The notes under the pieces are model-generated. The model worked only from the letters and a program-made list of their open reading frames with translations, was not told the origin of the DNA and made no database searches. This document shows positions 51,473 through 64,000 of a stretch of DNA of 64,000 nt, one piece after another. Positions within the stretch are counted from its first letter, which is position 1; the number at the start of each line of letters is the position of its first letter. Position numbers and translations under genes: made by a program. Source of the DNA: Moniliella sp. 'wahieum' (Eukaryota); NCBI GenBank assembly GCA_003971905.1, contig RSEE01000051.1, forward strand, positions 310,001 through 374,000, written 5' to 3'.

Positions 51473-52640
51473 CTAGTAATTAGAGAGCCTAGGGGCCAAA
51501 CCTACCCCTACTCCGCCCGCGCCCCCGGTCCGGCTCCTGTCACCATCAGCACTGCGACCGGCAGCTAACAGACGGATGGCGTCCCGTCTGGTCCGGGTAT
51601 TTCGGCGAGCAGCAAAATTGGTGGTGGTGAGCTCGGTGGTGTCGGTGGGTGGACCACGGGGTTGACGACGAGGTAAGAAAAGAAAAGCACTTTCCCGCTC
51701 CGATTTCGGTCGGCGCGTCAGTTTGTCTCCGACGGCCAACCCGGGCGCGGGTGTCACCCCAGATCCCATTAAAGCGCCCATCCCGGTAGGTAGGGCAGAG
51801 CCAGGGGCCGGCGCAGGTGCAGCCGCAGCCGCAACCGCGGACGCAGACGAAAGAGCAGGAGTAGCAACAGGACTGGCGGTACGAGAGTGGGTGTCGGCGT
51901 CGTTGGGAGCGGGTAGGCGCCAAGACGCGGAGAGGTGGGCGGAAGATACGGTGCGCAGGGAAGATTGGGGCAAGGGCAAAGCGGAGGTAGGACGAGCAGT
52001 AGGTGGCTGCGAAGGTGGTCGGCCACTTACTGTCCTTCGTCCGGGCGGTTCTGGGGCCCATGAGTGGCGCTGAGCAGGAGGTGGGCCAAGTGATGCAGGT
52101 CCAGGGCCGGAGGCAGGCACAGGGGCAAGCACAGATGATTCCTCGTACCTCGCCCTCTCTCCCAACAGTGCTTGCTGCTGCTGTGCAGCCTGGACCTGCA
52201 GAGCCTGGAAGAAGAAGAAGCTGTTGCTGCTGGGTGGCAAGGAGCTGTTGTTGCTGCTGCTGCCGTTGGAGGGCGAGAAGGCGTAAGAGTTCAGCTTGCT
52301 GGAGCTGCTGCTGTGCTGCAAGGTGGGCGATAAGGTCCTGGTCAGGAGAGGGTGCAGCAGCGGCCGGTGGCGCAGTGGGCAGAGCAGTAGCAGAAGGGGG
52401 AGCTGGCTGGGCATGGCGAGCAGCGGCCTGGAGCTGGGCACTCTTGATGCGGTGGAGAGTGTGTTGGTGAGCGGTGGAGGGAGGATGGCGGGGGGTGAGG
52501 TGGAGCGAGGCGAGCTGTTCCTCGGGGGGAGGAGGGGTGGGGGGGGTGGGGGGAGAGTGGGAGGACACGCCGCCGGTGCGGAGGGTTGCGAGAAGGGCGG
52601 CGCGGTCGGAGACGGGTGTGGGCGCGGGGCGTTCAGCCAT
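51473..52640 (-). CDS. Q/P/A-rich hypothetical protein
   Basis: MAERPAPTPVSDRAALLATLRTGGV; polyQ middle; C-terminal PRRQPRGPP...NFAARR motif; at least one frameshift in the Q tract. Confidence 0.65.
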
Positions 52641-52669
52641 GCTGGGCAAGGAAGGAGCGGGAGGGTGGG

Positions 52670-52845
52670 GGGATGGGATGGGATGGGATGGGATGGGATG
52701 GGATGGGATGGATGGGATGGGGGGATAGGATGGGACGGGAGGATGGAATGGAGGGATGGAGGGATGAGATGGAGGGATGAGGGGATGAGATGTACGGAGA
52801 GGAGGATGGGATGGACGGAGAGGAGGATGGGATGGGAGGATGCCA
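52670..52845. repeat. (GGGAT)n / GGATGG microsatellite in the 5' leader of the 52640 gene
   Basis: gggatgggatgggatgggatgggatgggatgggatg followed by degenerate units. Confidence 0.9.
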
Positions 52846-54006
52846 GGCGGGGAAGGAGATGGTGAACCCCCACAGCGAACCAAGCGCGAGTGCGAGCAAC
52901 TCTCGTGCGCCCCCGTCACGCATCCCCGTCACCGGTCGCCCCCTCCCACCTGCTTAGGTCAGCGCTCCGCTGCTGCATTTGGGCGGACAGGGCGGAATGG
53001 GGCACGACACGTCACGACTGCCGTTCCGCTGCCTCCCCAAACCAAATCACCCAGTCCTGCAAATTCCAACCCGAGACAATGAGTCGTCCTAAGCGAACGT
53101 AGCGAACGAGTGAACCAGAAGCTGCGTCCGATTGCAATTGCTTCGGTGCCCCAAGCAACAACAGGCAGCAAGCACCAACCAATCCAGGGCGTTGTTTGCA
53201 GGATGCGACGTCCAAGCTGGGCCATCCTCTCTGGGCTCGTTGGCGCCCCTGCGGCAGAAAGGTAGTACTGAAATGGCAGTGGCGTTGAACGGCAACAGAG
53301 TGACACTGAGGCGCTGAGGGCCACAAGAGCGTGACGCAGACAGACGGCTGTTGTGGGGCCACGGACCACAGTGCCGATGGAAGCAACGACGAGCAAACGC
53401 AAACCAGCTGGACCCAGCACGCCGCCCCCAGCGGCCCAAACGAGCGTCGTCCCAAGCAGCCACCCGCACAATGCGCACAATCCGACAAACCCAACCCCCA
53501 ACCGGCGTCTGGGGCGATGCGACACATGACGTCACGCAGTGCGGACACTGCGCGCCTGCCTGCGCCCCTCTTTGCTGGGTGTGGGGTCTGCGTCACGCGT
53601 GACGGGCGCCAGCCAACGCAGCTGGCGCCATGCCGCACTCGGCAGCACCGCAGCACACCGCCCAGCCGCCCAGCCCCAGCAGCGGCCAGTCGGTGGCGGA
53701 CAGCGGCGCCGTGCCTTCTCGCCCACGCAGCCTGCCAAGCTTTTTGACTCGCCTCCTGCCGCATCCCTCGCCCACTGGCCCTGTGCCTGGCTGCTGCCCC
53801 CCCCCACGCGGCGGTGCCTGACACTCTCCCTGGTCGGCCGACTCTGCCCCGCTTTTAGCTGCCGCCTAGGCCCGCACCTCGGCCACCACCACCACCACCT
53901 CGGCCACCACCACCGCCTCGACCACCTCCAGCCCCCTCCTCCCTACCCCCGCTTCCACGACGCTCTGCTCCCACCCCGCGTACGCCGCTCTCTGGCCTCC
54001 GTCCCC

Positions 54007-55455
54007 ATGTCCCACCATACCAGCCGCAGCCGTGTGTACCTATTCCCGCTCACCGCCCCGCCTCCTAACCTTTTGCCCTCAGCGACCGAGGATGCGACCC
54101 AGGTCATCAACGTCCTCGCCTCTCATGCCAAGTCTGGCCAGCCCACCGAGCTTGGGTACCACTCGTGCAAGATCATAGGCAATGGCTCGTTCGGCGTTGT
54201 CTTTCAAGCCAAGCTTGCCAATGGCTTGGAGCCCTCGCCAGACCAGGAAGCCAACCCGGACATTGCAATCAAGAAGGTTCTCCAAGACAAGCGCTTCAAG
54301 AATCGGGAGCTGCAGATTATGGCATTATTGACCACCCCAACGTGTGTGACTTGCGCGCCTTCTTTTACTCCAACGGCAGCAAGGTGCGTTCCTTTCCCCG
54401 CTTCTGTTTGTCTGGTAATGTGCCAGGGCGTACAGTCTTGGTCCCCGGCCCTGCCATCGTTTTCCCCCCCCCCTCTTCCCCCTAACCCACGTTGCATGCG
54501 AGCAGAAGGATGAAGTGTACCTGAATCTGGTGATGGAGTATGTGCCCGAAACGATCTACCGTTCGCTTCGCAACTATGTCAAGGCTAAGCAAAGTATGCC
54601 ACCGCTTCTGATCAAACTGTACATGTACCAACTCTTCCGCTCCTTACTGTACATCCACTCGATTGGCATTTGCCACCGCGACATCAAACCGCAAAATCTC
54701 CTTTTGAATAGCCACACTGGTGTGCTAAAGCTGGCCGACTTTGGTTCGGCCAAGATCTTGATTGCAGGCGAGCCCAATGTGTCCTACATTTGTTCTCGGT
54801 ACTATCGTGCTCCCGAGCTCATTTTTGGTGCCACCAACTACACCACCAGTATTGGTATGTTTCCCTTTCTGTGCTCTCCTTGCTCGTTCCCCGCCGATTG
54901 ACTGACCCACTCTGGCACGACAGACATTTGGTCGCAGGGTGTGTGATGGGGAGGAGTTGATGCAAGGACAGCCATTCTTCCCTGGGGAAAGCGGGATTGA
55001 CCAACTGGTTGAGATCATCAAGATTCTCGGTACGCCGAGCCGGGAACAGATCAAGCAGATGAACAAGAACTACATGGAACACAAGTTTCCCCAAATTCGG
55101 CCGCATCCGTTTAGCAAGGTCTTCCGCCCGCGCACTGCGCCCGACGCGATTGACCTACTGTCGAAAGTGTTGACGTACACCCCTCGGAACGCATTACTGC
55201 GGCTGAAGCATTGGCCCACCCGTACTTTGATGAACTGCGGCAGCCGCCGCCGGAAGGCCTGAGCGGGCACGTGCTGCCCAATGGACGGGCGTTTCCGTCA
55301 CTGTTTGACTTTACGCGGGAAGAGTTGTCGGTGCGACCTGATTTGATCACGAAGCTGGTTCCGGACCATGCGCGGGAAGCTCTGAGGCAAAGGAGATTGA
55401 TGTGGACCACTTTGAGCCGATCCCATTGGAGAGTTTGCGTGTGTCGCTGGACTAA
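54007..55455 (+). CDS. GSK3: Glycogen synthase kinase 3 (CMGC kinase)
   Basis: [84 protein letters not shown]; ends RVSLD*. Three introns (~54032-54080, ~54384-54508, ~54855-54922). Confidence 0.96.
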
Positions 55456-56292
55456 GAGCGGCCGGGAGAGAGGGGGGAATCCGCGTTCCTCGTAATATGT
55501 CTCGATCCACTCGGGGGTACTGTTACCGGTTACCGGTTACCCCGCTTCCAGTCAAGCCAAGGCCCTTCGCAGCTTTCTCCCAGTGGCCGATCCTTGTTTT
55601 CTTCTTCCCCTCCCACCCTTGCGTCTTGCGCGTGCTATGCCCTACCGCACTACTCCACTTTATGCTCAGGGGCGTTCTTTGTCGATGCCAGCAGATGCTG
55701 GCAAAGAATGGTATTGATGGGCTTGTTTCCCTTCCCCCTCCCCTTGCCATCCCCATCCCCTTCCCCCTTCCCCCTCTAGCCCGCTAGGAGGAACTGTTTG
55801 AACCTATGTCGCACTCCGCACCTGACTGACCACAACCGGCGCTTGTGATCATCTGATCGGTCGACTAGGCAGAGTGCCTGGGAAGCTTTTAGTGTGTTGT
55901 GCTAGGTTGCTGTGCTTGGGATTTGAGGGCAGAGTGGGTTAGGGGGGCGATGGCATGGTGCATGTCGTCAGACAGCGGATGGAGCGTAGGGGATCGTCAT
56001 GGGTGATGGGCGATGTGATGTGGGGTGCCCCGGGCGGAATGGCGGCGGAAGGACATTTCTTGCCTGGGAGGTGGCGAAACAGAGGCGGGAGACTGGCGCT
56101 GTGCGGCGTTGGTTCTTCCCGGCGCGTTGCTGGGCGAGCAAACCAGGCCCAGCGTGTCCACAAGCAAGCCAGCCCACACGCCGCACCCACGCCAGCCAGC
56201 CCCAGCCGCTCGCCCGCGCCGGCTGCTCCTAGATCCTGCTCCTACTCCTGCCCCCACCACCTCCCCCTTGCCTGCCGCCGCCGCTCCCGACC

Positions 56293-57734
56293 ATGTCCAC
56301 CACCAACCCCAGCGGGCAGGATGCTGACAGCAACATCCAGGTACGTGTTATCCCTCCCCCGGCCCCCGCCGTGCTCGTCTCCTTGTCCTGCTTCGCGTTC
56401 GCCGCCCTGAGACCTGTCCCTGGTGCCTTGCGTGTGGCTCCGTTCCGCCCCCCACCTAGATTTGGAAGATCAAGAAACTGATCAAGAGTCTGGACAATGC
56501 ACGTGGTGCCGGCACGTCGATGATCAGTCTTATTCTCCCCCCAAGTCGCAGATCAGCCAGGCGACCAACATGCTCACTGGCGAGTACGGCACCGCGTCGA
56601 ACATCAAGTCGCGTGTGAACCGCTTATCGGTGCTTAGTGCGATCACGTCTACACAGCAGCGTCTCAAGCTGTACAGCAAGGTCCCGCCTAACGGTCTCGT
56701 CGTCTACTGCGGCACAATCTTGACTGACGAAGGTAAAGAGAAGAGGGTCAACTTTAGCTTTGAGCCATTCAAACCGATCAACACGTCGCTGTACCTGTGC
56801 GACAACAAGTTCACACCGAAGCGTTGTCGGAGCTGCTCGAGTCGGACGCGGTATTTGGGTTTATTATTATGGATGGTAACGGGACGCTGTATGGGACCGT
56901 GTCAGGGAACACGCGTACGGTGCTGCACAAGTTCTCGGTCGACCTTCCCAAGAAGCACGGGCGTGGTGGTCAATCTGCCGTCCGTTTCTCTCGTCTGCGT
57001 GAAGAAGCGCGTCACAATTACGTTCGTAAGGTTGCCGAGTTGGCCACGCAACATTTTATCACTGATAACAAGTGCAATGTAGCCGGTCTTGTCTTGGCCG
57101 GTTCGGCCGACTTTAAGACGGTCTTGGCGCAGTCCGACCTGTTTGACCCCCGTTTGAGCGCCAAGTTGATCCGCACTGTGGACGTTTCGTACGGTGGGGA
57201 GAACGGGTTCAACCAAGCGATTGAGGAAGCTTCCGAGTCGCTGCAGAACGTCAAGTTTATCCAGGAGAAAAAGTTGATCCAAAAGTACTTTGACGAGATT
57301 AGTCTCGAGACGGGCAAGTACTGCTTTGGGATTGACGATACGTTCAAGGCGCTCGAGTTGGGCGCGGTGGAGACCCTGATTGTATGGGAGAACCTAGAGA
57401 TCACGCGGTACGAGTGAAGGATTCGGAAGGGCGTACGTTGCTCATGCTCAACAAGGAGCAGGAGAAGGACCGGTCGCGCTTTATTGATCCGCTGACTGGG
57501 GCGGATTTGGAACAAGTGGAAGAGCCTATGCCGTTACTTGAATGGCTTGCTGAGCACTACAAGGACTTTGGTACCAACCTCGAGTTTGTTACTGACCGTT
57601 CGACCGAGGGCAACCAGTTTGTCCGTGGCTTTGGTGGCATTGGCGGTTTGCTGCGGTACAAGGTAGCCTTTGAGGATTTGGCCATGTACGAGGACGAAGA
57701 CGACGAGTTCATGACTGACGACTCGGACGAGTGA
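56293..57734 (+). CDS. SUP45: Eukaryotic peptide chain release factor 1
   Basis: Intron 56341-56459; [18 protein letters not shown] (NIKS), YLCDNKF (YxCxxxF), HGRGGQS (GGQ), [11 protein letters not shown]; three 1-nt deletions. Confidence 0.97.
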
Positions 57735-58611
57735 CTCGAACGTGCGTCCTGGGATGCGACCCAAGGGCGCACCACGATGGGCACGCCCGAGCCGCCCCGC
57801 TTTCCCGCCGCCCACGTTGGTCCACCACCCTACTTGTCCGCCCGGATCTAAGAAACTGAACGCCCCCACCCCTTCCTCTTCCTCTCCTTTCCCTCTCGTG
57901 TCCACCCCCCCCCCCCCCCCCCCTCTCCTCGCCTCTTTGGCGTCGTTCGGTTCTGGTCGTCCTAGGCGACACGGGAGAAACAAGGCGCTCTCCCGCCGTC
58001 TGCAGTTCTGTCTTGTTCCTCTTTCGGTGACCCTGTGCGGCTAGATAGCATACCCCCGATGAGGCGTTCCTCCCATCCCCCCATGCATATCATGCTCATG
58101 TGTGTGCCAGCTTGACACTACGGCGCGACGTGAAAGGTAGCATTGCTCCAGTCTAGTGGGTAGAAAAAATGTCAGTCGAGTGCGGAGGGCGACGAAGATA
58201 CATTTCTATTGTCCTTCTTCTCTCCGGTCTAGGCGCCGTAGTGAGCTCTCGAGTGGCCGTGATGGCCGCTGTTCCCAAGAGGGTTGATCATGACATAGGT
58301 AGCGATGCAAAGATCTACGAAGTGAGTTGAGGTGAAGGCTGACGGAGGACTAATGAGGTGCTGTGGACCTGCAACGCTGTGTTCCCCTGTGCACATCTAC
58401 TACCACACAAGACATGGGAAGGAACAACGAAGTATGCCAGTGCACCATGTACGGTTGACGCGTGGCCCGGCGTTGCGAGTAGGATACTACGCAGGACTCA
58501 GTACTCAGTACTCACTAGTCACTAGTCATGTACCAGAGTCCCCAGTCACCTAGTCACCAGTCACCGCTCATCAGTCACTAGCCACCCCCGATACCGACTG
58601 TAGGGTAGCGG

Positions 58612-59904
58612 TTAGGACAAGGTGGCGCCGGCAAAGGTGGCCGTGTACACCGGGCCCTTGTCACTCTGGATGATGCGGACCTTAGGCTGAGCCGTAGCCG
58701 GGTCTTCGTCCGGGCCGACACCTTTCCAAGCACACAGTTTATCGTCGGTGGTAAGGTAGTGAGGCTGGATAGCTTCGAAGATTTTCTTCTTGGGGTTAAG
58801 CTGAGCTTCCGGTTCGAGGCCCTTGTAACCGTCGACGTAGATGCGGTCGCCAGGGACCGAACCAGCGGGGGGGAAGACCGGTTCCACACCCCCGTCGTGG
58901 CCCTCTTTCGATGTGGCACAGAGCAACATACCGTAACTCTTGATCCCACGCATGGCCACGGGCTTGAGGTTGCACACGCCCACCACCATCCGGTCTTTCA
59001 TCGCTTCGATCGGAACGTACTTGACCAGACCGCTCAGTACTGTGCGCGGTTCCTCCTCCCCAAAGTCCACCTTCTCAAGGTAAAGCGCGTCGGCGTCCGG
59101 GTGGCGCTGAATGTCCACAATCTTGCCCACACGAAGGTCGACAAAGGAAGGCAGAGGACGGGTGGGCGCAGCGGGTGCCTTGGGCTGCTTGGGCGCCTTC
59201 TCCTTCTTCTCTTTCTTTTTACCCTCGACCGGAGCCGCAGCAGCCGCGCCCGCAGCAGCAGCACCAGCAGCCGCAGCCGCAGGGGCAGCCGCCGTCTCTC
59301 CCTTGGGAGCCTTCTCCTTCTTGTCCTTCTTACCCTGTGCAGGGGCGGTAGCAGCCGCCTTGGCCTCCTTGGCCTTGGCCTTTTCAGCCTTCTCCTTAGC
59401 TGGGTCGGCACGCTGGATCTTAGGGAAGCCAGCGTAGGTAGGCGTGAAAGCGGGGAAGGAAGCGCCGGCCTTGGTCGCGGCAGCCTGGACCTCGGGAAGG
59501 GAAGCAAGGTGAGCCGTGTAGCGCGTCAGGGACGGGAACGCATGTTGGACCGAGGCAGGGGCGGAGGCAAGGAGCGGGTAGAGCACAGTGAAGAGTGCCA
59601 GATCAGCCGCCGAGGGTTCGGTGGAGGCGGGCAGAACGTAGACCACAGCCTCGATGTCCTTCTCGAGGGGAGCGAGGCGGGCGGTGAGTGCATCCAGGTC
59701 AGCCGCCGCGGGAGGAGCGGCAACGAGAGCGTCGACAGTGCTCAACACCTTGTTGGCCACCGGCACGCTCTTCTTGTCGCCCACCACGGCCGTTGCGTCG
59801 GGCACAGCCGCGGCGAGGTTCTGGGCAAACTCGGGGAGCGAGCTGCCAGGGGCAGGGGCAGAGGAGGGAGCGAAGTAGGCGGTGAGGAGGGCGCGCACAG
59901 ACAT
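58612..59904 (-). CDS. ARC1: Arc1p-like aminoacyl-tRNA synthetase cofactor (GST-like, Lys/Ala-rich linker, EMAPII/OB tRNA-binding domain)
   Basis: Uninterrupted 430-aa [64 protein letters not shown]. Confidence 0.9.
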   Translation of the reverse strand: MSVRALLTAYFAPSSAPAPGSSLPEFAQNLAAAVPDATAVVGDKKSVPVANKVLSTVDALVAAPPAAADLDALTARLAPLEKDIEAVVYVLPASTEPSAADLALFTVLYPLLASAPASVQHAFPSLTRYTAHLASLPEVQAAATKAGASFPAFTPTYAGFPKIQRADPAKEKAEKAKAKEAKAAATAPAQGKKDKKEKAPKGETAAAPAAAAAGAAAAGAAAAAPVEGKKKEKKEKAPKQPKAPAAPTRPLPSFVDLRVGKIVDIQRHPDADALYLEKVDFGEEEPRTVLSGLVKYVPIEAMKDRMVVGVCNLKPVAMRGIKSYGMLLCATSKEGHDGGVEPVFPPAGSVPGDRIYVDGYKGLEPEAQLNPKKKIFEAIQPHYLTTDDKLCAWKGVGPDEDPATAQPKVRIIQSDKGPVYTATFAGATLS

Positions 59905-60618
59905 GGCAGGGACCGCGGACTTGTACTGCAGGGGGGAGGGATGGGAGGGCAGGAAAGAAGGCTGGGAAGCCCAAGTGGGCGGATGTGCCGTGTCGAAATT
60001 TGGGAATTTGTCGGTCGGCTGGCGCAGCCTGGGTTACGTCATCATTCGGTGCTCCCAGCTCTCGCGTCAGGCATCATGCACCATGCTCACCGGTGGCACG
60101 CCCCAGTTCGGTTGGTTCTTCCTTGGTTCTTCCTTCGTTCCGTCGTTCCTCTGTTCCTTCGGGCGACGCAGCCACCACCCAGCACGCTTCCACTCCCCGA
60201 CGCCCCCAGCGCCTCAGCGGACACACCACACAGCCTTGCCCCCGCGGTCTGCCGCCCACCGCGCCGCATCGCGCACGCTCCCGGACCTCACATCTCGCCT
60301 CTCCAATCGCACGTGGCACCTCGCCTCTCGAATCAAATGTCTAGTCTGCCGAGTATGCATCTTGCACTACGAACACATGGGTTGGCCCATATAACAATAG
60401 CAGCTAGCTCTAGTCTCCCTACGAGGTCTACAACAAGGGAAGCAAAGGCAGGGCAGAGTCGGTGGGATGCATCTTGAAGTGTGCGAGGGTGACAGGGAGA
60501 CCCAAAGTGGTCAACGGCATTTGGCTGGGTGCAGGACGACGAAGGGGGAAGCGCAGAGAGAGAAAAAACGGGACGGCAAAGGGAAAAGAACGAGTAAGGT
60601 TACTAGTTACGTTACTAG

Positions 60619-63487
<2,869 letters not shown>

Positions 63488-63584
63488 CTAGGGCCCGAGC
63501 ACTGGTACTGAGTAGGCACCGCCGCGTGTGGCCGCCGCCCTGCCTTGTTCGGCAAGCGGGTGGGCACTGTCGCACACGCGGTCC

Positions 63585-63695
63585 AACTCGCCAGCAACTC
63601 TCAGGACTCAGTAACTCAGGACAGTAACTCAGGACACAGCAACTCAGTACAGCAACTCAGACTCCGTTACTCAGTACGCGCCACTCGACTGAGTC
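63585..63695. repeat. ACTCAG word block upstream of GFA1
   Basis: aactctcaggactcagtaactcaggacagtaactcaggacacagcaactcagtacagcaactcagactccgttactcagt. Confidence 0.85.
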
Positions 63696-64000
63696 TTCTC
63701 CTCGGGCCCCTTCCGCCACCGGACTGGCCAATGGTTCGATGGCGTGCGTGCCACCGCCTGTCCACAGCAGATCCCCACTCGCCGCTTTGCCTGCTGTGCC
63801 CTCGCCGTCCGATCCTGCTCAGCACACCCACCAACCACCAACCTCCATCAACAATCCTTCGCCCTTTCCCCCGTGCCTCACATATCCTCACATGTCACAC
63901 CTCACATGCTCACCCTTACACCCACTGCTGCCCTCTCGGGTGCTCGGGAAAACGTACCGTGGGCAAACCAAGGGCCGGCAGCAGTGGTGCATGAGGCCTG

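Noticed and set aside
56293..57734. eRF1 variant indicating stop-codon reassignment
   Set aside because: GTS, NIKS and YxCxxxF motifs are canonical, and genes here end in TAA, TAG and TGA
58759..60477. 572-aa plus-strand ORF
   Set aside because: Antisense shadow of the GC-rich ARC1 CDS; no recognisable domain

Overview
Eukaryotic, GC-rich, intron-poor fungal DNA. Protein sequences and GTRNGT..CTRAC..YAG introns point to a basidiomycete, probably Ustilaginomycotina. Recognisable genes: pyruvate carboxylase (5'-truncated), a UPF0658 membrane protein, Derlin/Dfm1, DBP9, an SH3-RasGEF, TPS2, GSK3, eRF1, ARC1 and GFA1. There are also two low-complexity hypothetical genes, three intron-containing tRNA genes, a 5'-truncated CRE/Cnl1-clade non-LTR retrotransposon and a decayed SEC61 fragment. 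Most genes, including essential ones, carry small indels that look like long-read consensus errors, so CDS ends are reconstructed across frameshifts. Most interesting: (1) a spliced 118-aa secreted precursor predicted to release two His/Lys-rich (K-E-H-K-S)n peptides; (2) a ~10 kb gene-free block of retroelement relics bracketed by two divergent tRNA-Ser(AGA) genes, possibly a centromere or heterochromatin island, next to a decapitated pyruvate carboxylase; (3) an eRF1 stop in a leaky TGA-C context with a candidate 3'UTR intron, suggesting autoregulation; (4) ordered, strand-biased blocks of reiterated short words (CTGAG, GCTTGAA, CTAG/GTNAC, GATC) flanking genes. All homology calls come from motif recognition by eye; no searches were run.
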